A DNA stretch of 64,000 nucleotides from the NCBI GenBank assembly GCA_965206025.1, contig CBDBIU010000002.1, forward strand, positions 37,201 through 101,200, in the 5' to 3' direction. Shown piece by piece: positions 1-8,333 of the stretch. The notes under the pieces were generated by a model, which ran no database searches, was not told where the DNA came from, and saw only the letters and a program-made list of their open reading frames with translations. Numbering within the stretch: the stretch's first letter is position 1; every line of letters begins with the position of its first letter. The stretch is from Bryobacterales bacterium. Lineage in GTDB: Bacteria; Acidobacteriota; Terriglobia; Bryobacterales; UBA6623. A program made the translations under genes and the position numbers.

Positions 1-1077
1 GGCGCGGGCTGGGACGCGCTGAGGAAAATGTTCCCTCGCGGCGCGAATCAACCGGAAACCTTCGCTTCCGTCCTCGAGCGGGGGTTGGGGCCGACGATTT
101 GCCGGGAGTTCTATTTCCCCTACGCTCGTAAGATTTGGGGGCTTGAGCCGGACCAGCTCTCGGCGGCCCAGGCCCGCCGGCGGGTTTCGGCGAATTCGCC
201 GGCCAAGATGGTGCGCAAGCTGGCAGCCGCCCTGCCCGGACTTGGCAAGCCGGGCGCGGGGCGGTTTTTCTATCCCCGGCGCGGTTACGGGCAGATCTCC
301 GAGTGTTTGTTCGAAGCAGCTAGGAAACAGGGGGCGGAGTTCGTCTTTGACGCTCGGGTGAGGGGAATCGAATGCGAAGGGGAGCGGGTGCGAGCGGTCA
401 CATTTGAACAGCGGGGAGAACGACAGCGAATGCCCTCCGAGCATGTCTGGTCGACTCTCCCGATTACCGTCACCGCTAGGGCCTTGACGCCGCAGGCCCC
501 GTCCGAGATTCTGAGCGCGGCGTCGGCGATGAGGTTCCGCGGGCTGATCTTGATCTATCTACTGCTTGAACAAGATCGTTTCAGCGAGTACGACGCTCAC
601 TATTTCCCGGAGGCCGAAATACCCATTTCAAGGCTTTCCGAACCCAAGAACTACAGTGCTGTCGACGAGCCCCGCGGGCGAACCGTCTTGTGTGCCGAGT
701 TGCCCTGCGATGAGGGATCGGCGGAATGGGCGATGAGCGATGACGAGCTTGCGGACGTGGTGACCCAATCACTGGCGGCGGCCGGGCTGCCCGCCGATAG
801 CAAGATACGCAAAAAGGTCACTCGGCGGCTGCGCTTCGCTTACCCCATTTATTCGCTCGGTTACGAAGATCATTTCCAGAAGCTCGACGGCTGGCTGGCG
901 CAGATCGATGGGCTGCTGACGTTCGGACGCCAGGGCCTGTTTGCTCACGACAACACTCACCACGCGCTCTACATGGCCTGTGCCGCGGCCAAGTGTCTTG
1001 ACCGCACGGGCGCTTTCGATCGTTCGCGTTGGACGTCGTTCCGCCAGGTGTTTGAAAGCCACGTGGTCGAAGACTGA
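1..1077 (+). CDS. FAD-dependent oxidoreductase (protoporphyrinogen oxidase / UDP-galactopyranose mutase-like), 5' part outside the window
   Basis: Frame is open from base 1. Motifs FFYPRRGYGQI, STLP, YPIY and GRQGLF are typical of this flavoprotein family. Confidence 0.72.
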   Translation, partial: GAGWDALRKMFPRGANQPETFASVLERGLGPTICREFYFPYARKIWGLEPDQLSAAQARRRVSANSPAKMVRKLAAALPGLGKPGAGRFFYPRRGYGQISECLFEAARKQGAEFVFDARVRGIECEGERVRAVTFEQRGERQRMPSEHVWSTLPITVTARALTPQAPSEILSAASAMRFRGLILIYLLLEQDRFSEYDAHYFPEAEIPISRLSEPKNYSAVDEPRGRTVLCAELPCDEGSAEWAMSDDELADVVTQSLAAAGLPADSKIRKKVTRRLRFAYPIYSLGYEDHFQKLDGWLAQIDGLLTFGRQGLFAHDNTHHALYMACAAAKCLDRTGAFDRSRWTSFRQVFESHVVED

Positions 1078-1087
1078 GGATTGCGTC

Positions 1088-1345
1088 GGGAAAACCAAAA
1101 CCGAACCCAAACCGGGACGGAAAACCCGGACGGGGGGAAACCGGGCGGGAAACCGGACCGGAAATCGGGACAGCCTCAGTTACCCCTATGGGCGGCTAGC
1201 AACCCTCAAGTTTTCAATATGATAGCTGGATTACAAAAACCCAAGCCCGGGGGCGTCATGAGGCAGCAAGCTACGTAGAATCAGCAAGTTGGAGTTCGCA
1301 ACAGGACTTACTTGAGGCTGTCCCGGTTTCCCTCGGTTTTCGGTT
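1088..1345. repeat. Palindrome-bounded intergenic element with stuttered flanks
   Basis: GGAAATCGGGACAGCCTCAG (1160-1179) and TTGAGGCTGTCCCGGTTTCC (1312-1331) are inverted repeats (18/20). Partial copies of the terminus precede it at 1088-1159. Confidence 0.75.
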
Positions 1346-1356
1346 GAAAGTACGCA

Positions 1357-3072
1357 CTAGCTTTCGGCCCGACGAAAATCCCGCAGGACCAATTGCCAGC
1401 CTCCCCAATAGTTGTCGCGCTCGATGGAGAAGGCGGCGTCCAGCGCCTGGCCGCGCTCCAGGCCATCGATGCGATCCCCCATCCGCCAGCCGATCGCGGC
1501 TCGGGAAACACCTTCTAGTTCCAAGGTCAGCTTTAGGTGCTTCTCTTTGACGAGCCGCGGGCGGTCGAGCAAACGCACGCCCGACGCCGAAAACACGGGC
1601 GTCGGGTTGCCGGCCCCATGGGGAGCCAATCGCATGATCTCTCCCATGGTTTCGTCGGTGATTTCTGGAAACGAGATCACGGAATCCACATTCAGGGTCG
1701 CAACAAAGTCTTCGGGTCGGATCACTCGGCGAGCGTGGTCGCTAAGCCGTCGCCGCAGTTCAGGAATACGCTCGATGGCCAGGGTACAGCCCGCCGCTTG
1801 GCGATGGCCACCGAAGCGCTCGAACAGGTCCGACACCGATTCGAGGCCCTCCAGCAAGTGGAACCCGTGGATGGTGCGGCCTGAGCCGGTGGCTGTTCCC
1901 TGTTTCCGGTCGAGACTCAAGATCAAAGTAGGCCGATGGTATCGCTCCACGATCCGGCTGGCGACAATGCCGATGACGCCCACGTGCCAAGCGTCGCCGG
2001 CCTCGACGATGCAAGGCGCCTCGTCCGGCGGGGGAATCTCCTTCAAGCGCTCAACGACTTCGGTAACGATCGCATCCTCCCTCTGTTGCCGGTCGGTGTT
2101 CAAGCGATCGAGTTTTTGAGCGATCTCGCCGGCGCGTTCCGCCCGGTCGGTTGTGAGTAGCTCGATCACCGATTGGGCGCTTTCCATACGGCCGGCGGCG
2201 TTCAGCCGGGGGGACAGCCGGAAGGCAATGTCTCCCGCGCTGGGCGACCGAGCCGCGCTGAATCCGGCCACATCGAGCAGGGCCTTGAGGCCCGGATTCC
2301 GGGGTTGCCGCAATCCCTCGATGCCGAGGGTCACAAACACACGGTTCTCTCCGAGCAGCGGTACGACGTCGGCGACCGTACCGATGGCAACGACTTTGAG
2401 CATCGAATGAAGCACGGCGTGCAGCCGCGAGGGCGTCCACCCGAGACCGGAGAGCAGCGCTTGTGACAGTTTGAAGGCCACCCCGACACCCGACAGATTC
2501 TTGTCCGGATAGCCGCAGCCCGGCTGGTTCGGGTTCAAAACGGCAAGGGCGGGCGGCGCCGCCTCTTCCGGCAAGTGATGGTCGGTGATGATGCAGTCGA
2601 TGCCGAGCTCGTTGGCCCGCTCGACGACGGCCCTTTCCCGGATCCCGGTATCGACGCTGACAATGAGTCTGACCTCGTCGCGGGCTGCTCGCTCGATGAC
2701 CTCCCGCCGCATGCCGTAGCCGTCCTTGACGCGGTGCGGGACGTGGGAGTCGGCGCTCCCTCCCGCCAACTCGATCGCCTTGCGAAGTACGACGACGCCG
2801 GTGGTCCCGTCGACGTCGTAGTCACCGTAAATTAAGATGCGCTCTTGCTGATGAATAGCTCGGAGCAGGCGCTCGACGGCGCGCTTCATGCCGAGCATGT
2901 CATAGGGATCGTGAAGCTGGGCTAGCTCAGGCTGGAGAAACCGGGCGGCTTGCTCGGGATCGCTGATACCACGCTGGGCCAACAGAACGGCGAGTAGGCG
3001 AGATATTCCGTTCTCCGCCTGGAGCCGGTCAACGACGGCAGGGTCGAACTCACGGTAGTGCCAACGTTTCAT
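1357..3072 (-). CDS. recJ: Single-stranded-DNA-specific exonuclease RecJ
   Basis: YGDYDVDG, TDHH, GTVADVVPL, PRLNAAGR and FGGH motifs; 571 aa. Confidence 0.97.
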   Translation of the reverse strand: MKRWHYREFDPAVVDRLQAENGISRLLAVLLAQRGISDPEQAARFLQPELAQLHDPYDMLGMKRAVERLLRAIHQQERILIYGDYDVDGTTGVVVLRKAIELAGGSADSHVPHRVKDGYGMRREVIERAARDEVRLIVSVDTGIRERAVVERANELGIDCIITDHHLPEEAAPPALAVLNPNQPGCGYPDKNLSGVGVAFKLSQALLSGLGWTPSRLHAVLHSMLKVVAIGTVADVVPLLGENRVFVTLGIEGLRQPRNPGLKALLDVAGFSAARSPSAGDIAFRLSPRLNAAGRMESAQSVIELLTTDRAERAGEIAQKLDRLNTDRQQREDAIVTEVVERLKEIPPPDEAPCIVEAGDAWHVGVIGIVASRIVERYHRPTLILSLDRKQGTATGSGRTIHGFHLLEGLESVSDLFERFGGHRQAAGCTLAIERIPELRRRLSDHARRVIRPEDFVATLNVDSVISFPEITDETMGEIMRLAPHGAGNPTPVFSASGVRLLDRPRLVKEKHLKLTLELEGVSRAAIGWRMGDRIDGLERGQALDAAFSIERDNYWGGWQLVLRDFRRAES

Positions 3073-3168
3073 GGGAATGTGGACGTTCTAGGAATCGGCG
3101 ACAGGAAGGCGTCAAGAATGGGGAGAGCCTCCGGTTATTGCACCGACCCACCCCTCGCGGCTCGCTCG

Positions 3169-3459
3169 CTACTTTCCCCTCGAGACGCGCCGAGCTCGCA
3201 AGAACGACGATACGCCGAATCCGCCGAAAAGCAGCACGAAAAAGCCGACCAGCAGCAGGCGCCCCCAGCCTCCCGGTTCGCTCTCCAAATCCTGGTAGCT
3301 GCGGATCAATCCTTGACGCCCAACAACAAAGAAAAGCGCCAGCGCCAAGAAGACGAAACCCATGACCTCATGAAATAGCTCCCGTGCCATCCGCCAAAGC
3401 TTAGGCACGAATTTCCGAACCTCATGGACGCCGACCGCCACCGCGCGCATGACCTGCAT
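3169..3459 (-). CDS. Small two-TM hypothetical membrane protein
   Basis: 96-aa ORF with two hydrophobic stretches, co-directional with recJ. Start uncertain (3450 is an alternative). Confidence 0.6.
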   Translation of the reverse strand: MQVMRAVAVGVHEVRKFVPKLWRMARELFHEVMGFVFLALALFFVVGRQGLIRSYQDLESEPGGWGRLLLVGFFVLLFGGFGVSSFLRARRVSRGK

Positions 3460-3594
3460 TGCAGTCTCATGCTAGCAAAGGGGAGAAAGGCCTTCCAACG
3501 TTTCGCCCAGCGTCCCACATTTCGAGTGCTCGCCAAACAGACTGGCTGCTACGATCAAATGTTAGCTGACGTTTTCCATTCCGGAGGGAGCCCC

Positions 3595-4191
3595 ATGAGT
3601 GAGGAGAATCGCCGCATCCGGATCGTCGCGGTCCCCGGCAGTGTCCGCCCGGGGAATTTTACTTCCAAAGCCATGGCCCTGGTCGTCGACGAGCTTGGCA
3701 AACAGGAGGACGTGGCGGTCGATCTGATTGATCCCGCCCAGGTCGAACTGGCGCTGCCCGGCACGGCGAAAGACGCCTCGGTCGCCGATGCTATGCAGCA
3801 GTCCGTCTCGACGGCTGCCGGCGTAATCTTCGCCACGCCAGAGTACCACGGCAGCTACAGCAGCGTGATCAAGCTCGTCATCGAGCACCTCGGGTTCCCC
3901 TCCGTGCTCAAGGGCAAACCCGTAGCCCTGTTCGGCGTTGCGGCCGGAGGCATAGGAGCCATCAAGGCCCTCGAACACCTCCGTAGCGTCTGTTCCCACG
4001 TAGGAGCTATCGTACTGCCCGGCCCTGTTTCGGTGGCGTCGGTTCACAGGGCCTTCGACCAAGAAGGCAACTGCCTGGACCCGGCGATTGAGAAAAGGCT
4101 GCGGGGAGTGGCCCGAGGGCTTAGCGACTACATCAGAACCACGGTCTGTCCGGGGATAGCTCTGGAGCAGATGGTTCGAGGCGGCGAATAG
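3595..4191 (+). CDS. NADPH-dependent FMN reductase (flavodoxin-like)
   Basis: GSVRPG and ATPEYHGSYS motifs; GGAGG SD before ATG 3595. Confidence 0.9.
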   Translation: MSEENRRIRIVAVPGSVRPGNFTSKAMALVVDELGKQEDVAVDLIDPAQVELALPGTAKDASVADAMQQSVSTAAGVIFATPEYHGSYSSVIKLVIEHLGFPSVLKGKPVALFGVAAGGIGAIKALEHLRSVCSHVGAIVLPGPVSVASVHRAFDQEGNCLDPAIEKRLRGVARGLSDYIRTTVCPGIALEQMVRGGE

Positions 4192-4369
4192 CGGAGGCGA
4201 TGTCCCGAGTCGGGAGCGTTCGGCCCCGAGACTCCGGGGTTTAGGGCCCCGGAACGCCGAGGGACATACCTCTCGGCATACCTCTCAGTTGACAGCTTGG
4301 AGAGCCAGCCTTACCATAGTAGGAGGATCGTAACAGGCTGTGTTTCAGTCTCTTAGCGCTAAAGGAGCC

Positions 4370-4756
4370 GTGGATTCCCCAGTGCAGAAAACCCGTCTGG
4401 AGAAATATCGTCGGCAGCTGGAGCGAGACTACCAGGACGCCCAGGCGCTGTTGTCTCGCACGGCCGAGGCCATTCGCAAGGAAGAGGGCGCTTCTCCTGA
4501 AGACGCCGCCGAGCAAGCGGTGAACTCCTACGCCAAGGAGCTTTTCTCCCATCAGAGCGACACCGAGCGTCTTCATCTTCAGCTTGTCAGGGAGGCGTTG
4601 GAACGTATCCCCTCGAAAGACTTCGGCTTGTGCCAGTCCTGCGGCGAGGCCATTGACCGTAAGCGTCTGGACGCGGTACCCTGGGCGCGGTATTGTCGCA
4701 GCTGTCAAGAGGCGGAGGAACAAAACAAAGCTGGTTACGAGGAAGAACCGAATTAG
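4370..4756 (+). CDS. TraR/DksA family C4 zinc-finger protein
   Basis: Coiled coil with DAAE followed by FGLCQSCGEAI...[14 protein letters not shown]. Start uncertain. Confidence 0.9.
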   Translation: MDSPVQKTRLEKYRRQLERDYQDAQALLSRTAEAIRKEEGASPEDAAEQAVNSYAKELFSHQSDTERLHLQLVREALERIPSKDFGLCQSCGEAIDRKRLDAVPWARYCRSCQEAEEQNKAGYEEEPN

Positions 4757-5628
4757 GGCGAGCGAGGTTAGTCTTCTCGAGTAGTGGTTCCATTTCCGCG
4801 AGCATCGGGTGGTTTCCGGTCGGGTCGCTCCGCAACCTGATCGAGCCGCTTTTTTCTGTCTTCTTTCCCGACGAATGCCGCTTGTGCGAGCGAGCGCTTG
4901 GCGGATTCACGCCGGCTCCGGTTTGCCGCGGGTGCCTGTCAGCAGTCCTCGCGTTCGAAGCGGAGTCTTCCTGCACTCGCTGCGGCCTGCCGTTTGAGGC
5001 CAACCTCCCGGCGAGTGGCCCCCATCTGTGCGGACTTTGCCGGCTTGCGCCCCCGGCGTTCGACACGGCGCGCAGTTTCGGGGTCTATGAGGCGGACCTG
5101 CGCCGCCTGATCCACCTGCTGAAGTACGACGGAATGAGGCCGCTGGCAAAGGTGCTGGCGGCGAAAATGGCGCCGGTAACGCCCCGCGTTGGGGCCGTTG
5201 AGTTGGTTGTTCCCGTACCGCTGCACCGCTCGCGGCGATGGAGTCGCCAGTTCAATCAGGCGGAATTGCTGGCTAGAGAATTGTCGCGTCTGACGGCGAT
5301 TCCCCTGCGTTCAAAATGTCTTCGGCGTGTTCGCTTGACCCTGCCGCAAGCCGGCTTGTCGCACCGCCGGCGACGGGACAACGTAAAGGGAGCGTTCGCC
5401 GCCGAGGACACTGTTAGCCTCAAAGGCCGGCGAGTGCTTTTGGTGGATGACGTGATGACCACGGGAGCTACGCTTGATGCCTGCGCTCAAGCGTTGAAGG
5501 CCGCCGGGGCGCGATCTGTAGCTTGCCTGACGATTGCCCGAGCGAAGCGCAGATTGATTGACCCCAACCCCGGGCGCTCGGCCAACGTCTCTTTCCGCCA
5601 AACCCGAGCGGCGGGGGAAACATGGTAA
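4693..5628 (+). CDS. comF: ComF family protein (double zinc ribbon + phosphoribosyltransferase-like)
   Basis: Four CxxC pairs, [14 protein letters not shown] and [13 protein letters not shown]. True start is probably downstream of 4756. Confidence 0.92.
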   Translation: MSQLSRGGGTKQSWLRGRTELGRARLVFSSSGSISASIGWFPVGSLRNLIEPLFSVFFPDECRLCERALGGFTPAPVCRGCLSAVLAFEAESSCTRCGLPFEANLPASGPHLCGLCRLAPPAFDTARSFGVYEADLRRLIHLLKYDGMRPLAKVLAAKMAPVTPRVGAVELVVPVPLHRSRRWSRQFNQAELLARELSRLTAIPLRSKCLRRVRLTLPQAGLSHRRRRDNVKGAFAAEDTVSLKGRRVLLVDDVMTTGATLDACAQALKAAGARSVACLTIARAKRRLIDPNPGRSANVSFRQTRAAGETW

Positions 5629-6149
5629 ACGGCGGCGCCCTGCGAGTCCCCGTGCTCGTCCTGAACGCCACCTACGAGCCGATCAATGTTTGCGGCGCTC
5701 GCCGGGCGTTGATCCTGCTGCTCAAAGGAGTCGCGGCCGAAGAGGAGCAAAGCGATCATGAAGTCCATTCGCCCACCAGGGTCCTTGTCGTACCGTCGGT
5801 GATTCGGCTGCTCGAATATCGCCGCATACCCCGCCAGACGCGCGCCCTCTCTCGAAAAAACATCCTCGTCCGGGACCGTCACACCTGCCAGTACTGCGGC
5901 AGTATCCACTCGGCCGGCGATTTGACGCTGGACCACGTCGTGCCGCGCTCGCGCGGCGGCAAGAGCACTTGGGAAAACCTTGTCAGTTGCTGCCGGCGCT
6001 GCAATAACCGCAAGGGGGACCGCCTACCCACGGAGGCGGGCATGGGTTTGGTACGGCATCCTCAGCCTTTCAATCTCCACACCAGCCGCAACCTGATGCG
6101 CCAACTGGGACACCACCAGCAGGCCTGGCGCAAGTATCTTTTCTATTAG
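5622..6149 (+). CDS. HNH endonuclease (McrA-like)
   Basis: [40 protein letters not shown]. Confidence 0.93.
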   Translation: MVNGGALRVPVLVLNATYEPINVCGARRALILLLKGVAAEEEQSDHEVHSPTRVLVVPSVIRLLEYRRIPRQTRALSRKNILVRDRHTCQYCGSIHSAGDLTLDHVVPRSRGGKSTWENLVSCCRRCNNRKGDRLPTEAGMGLVRHPQPFNLHTSRNLMRQLGHHQQAWRKYLFY

Positions 6150-6212
6150 CCCACGGATGCCGCCCCGATAGCTGGGGCTGGCCCTGGGGTTCTCACCAGC
6201 TAACCACTTTCC

Positions 6213-6329
6213 GGCGCACAAAGGAGAAACTGCGTGGTGGCTGGGTACAGTCAGCCAATTTCGCGTCCGGACAGCGCCCGTAAGTTGTTGACTCTTTGGA
6301 GACGCGAAATTGGGTCCCCGCCCCGAGCG
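6213..6329. repeat. Palindromic repeat with central IHF-like site (family C, copy 1)
   Basis: CCAATTTCGCGTC 6255-6267 / GACGCGAAATTGG 6301-6313 flank TAAGTTGTTGACT. Homologous in inverted orientation to 19514-19636. Confidence 0.8.
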
Positions 6330-6443
6330 AAAGTCTCTGTAAGCCCCGTTCAACCTGCTCGCCTCTCCGGCAAGGGCAGGGCTAGCGGGTGCTTGACTCG
6401 CTGCGTAGGTGTAGCTTTAACTCGTCGATCTCGATCATGTTCG

Positions 6444-7229
6444 AAGCTCAGTGCGGTGCTGCGACAACCACCGGAACAGGCCGGCCTAGCGGCCAATCTC
6501 TGGGATGGGAAGACGCTGGCGGAGTATTTGCAGCGCCGCTATGGAGTGCGGTTGGGAGTGCGACAGTGTCAACGGCTGTTCCGCGCGCTGGGCTTTCGCC
6601 TGCGCAAGCCTCGGGCGGTGATCGCCCGAGCCGACCCGGAACGGCACCGGCAGCACAAAAAACCTCCACAATCCGGCGGCCGATCCCAGCGTTGACTTGT
6701 GGGCTGTCGATGAAGTTCACTTCCAGCAGTACGGTTCGCGTTGTCGGCTGTGGATTCCTCCCGAGGTGCGCGATCCGATTCTGTTGCACCACCCCACACG
6801 CCGTGCCGTGGGTTACTTCGGCGGCGTGCGGCTGCGAGATGGCCGCTTCGTCTATCAACGGGAAAGTGGCCGTTTCAACGGCGTCGCCTTTTTCGCGTTT
6901 CTGCGGCGCCTGCGCCTGGCCAGCCAGCGGCCGGACCGTCGGGTCGTCGTCATCGTGGACAACGCCAAGTACCACCATGCGCTTTTACACAAAGACTGGC
7001 GCAGCCGACACGCCAAACGCTTCGCCCTCGATTTCCTGCCTCCCTACAGCCCGGACCTCAACCCGATCGAGCGCGTCTGGAAACTCACCCGCCGGCTTGG
7101 TGTTCACAATCGCTACTTCCCGGACTTGGAAAACGTCATCGACGACGTCGAGGCTCAATTCAACTGCTGGCGCAGAGGAAACCAGACTCTTCGCCGACTA
7201 TGCGCAATTTATTGGGACGCTATGTGTAA
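6444..7229 (+). pseudogene. IS630 family transposase, 5'-truncated, two frames joined at an A-run
   Basis: wHTH WDGKTLAEYLQRRYGV, then frame change at CACAAAAAAC (~6654-6663) into a DDE domain: VDEVHF, IVDNAKYH, LPPYSPDLNPIERVW. Confidence 0.88.
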
Positions 7230-7325
7230 CTTTCGTAGCAGACGAAAGGCAAACTTTCTCCTGCTCGCCAAGCCTCAGGCTCACGCCCGCCGCAGGCGGT
7301 CGCGGTGCGCATCCCCGGCGCAACT

Positions 7326-8300
7326 TCACCGATCGCCGCTTAGCAGTTCCGCCAGTTTGCTGGGGAGGATGTTGCCTCCGCTGAGGATCAAAACCACATC
7401 CAGATTGCCGCTGTCGATCTTGCCGGATAGCAGCGCGGCGGCGCCGACGGCGCCCCCGGGCTCGACAACGAGTTTTTGCTCTTCGGCCAAGGTACGCACG
7501 CCTGCGATGATTTCCGCTTCTTCGACCAGCACCACCCGGTGGACACATCGTCGGACGATCTCGAAGGTTCTCTCGCCCGGGGTGGCGACGGTGAGCGCAT
7601 CGGCCAAAGTCGGCCCCGGCGTCACCGTGACGCGCTTCCCTTCCCCCACCGAGAGAGCCATCGATGGATTGGCAGCCGGTTGAACGCCGATGACGCGGCA
7701 TCCCGGCCGCAATGTCTTGATGACGCCCGCGATACCCGCAATGAGGCCTCCGCCGCTGACCGGCACGACGGCGCAGAAGTCGGACTCGATTTGCTCGACC
7801 AGCTCGAGCCCGATGGTTCCGTCGCCGGCGATGGTTTCTTCCGAGTCGAAGGGGTGAAGCAGCAGCCGCCCGGTTTCATCCTGAATCCGGAACACCGTCT
7901 TCCAGCGGTCTTGAAAGGTGTTCTCGCAGAAGACGACCTCGCCGCCAAGTTGCCGCGTCCGCTCGACCTTTAAAGGAGAAGACTTGCGCATCATGACGAT
8001 TTGGGCGTCGACTTTCAGCTCTCGGGCCGCGTAGGCGACGGCCTGTGCGTAGTTCCCCGACGACGAAGTGACCACGCCCCGCCGGCGGGCTTCGTCGAGG
8101 TGACGAAGCATGCCGTTCAGCGCCGGCCTGACCTTGAAGGAGTTCGTCGGTTGCTGGGTTTCGAGTTTGAGCCACGCGCGACCGTGGGCGTGCGAACTCA
8201 GCGGCTCGGAGAGCACCAATGGAGAGGGCCGCAAGTAGGGCGCAAGCCGTTCCCGCGCTTGCCGGGCTTGGTCAACAACGGTGGGCGCGGTTTGGGCCAC
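7326..8300 (-). CDS. PLP-dependent threonine/serine dehydratase family protein
   Basis: LKLE.QQPTNSFKVR, SSGNYAQ, VSGGGLI, VVEPGGA and LSGGN motifs; no regulatory ACT domain. Confidence 0.92.
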   Translation of the reverse strand: MAQTAPTVVDQARQARERLAPYLRPSPLVLSEPLSSHAHGRAWLKLETQQPTNSFKVRPALNGMLRHLDEARRRGVVTSSSGNYAQAVAYAARELKVDAQIVMMRKSSPLKVERTRQLGGEVVFCENTFQDRWKTVFRIQDETGRLLLHPFDSEETIAGDGTIGLELVEQIESDFCAVVPVSGGGLIAGIAGVIKTLRPGCRVIGVQPAANPSMALSVGEGKRVTVTPGPTLADALTVATPGERTFEIVRRCVHRVVLVEEAEIIAGVRTLAEEQKLVVEPGGAVGAAALLSGKIDSGNLDVVLILSGGNILPSKLAELLSGDR

Positions 8301-8333
8301 GGCAGGCTCCCGGCAGTTTCTCGGTATCCGACC

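Noticed and set aside
5622-6149. HNH gene as part of a defence or RNA-guided system
   Set aside because: Ordinary stand-alone HNH with no RuvC, methylase, array or partner genes.
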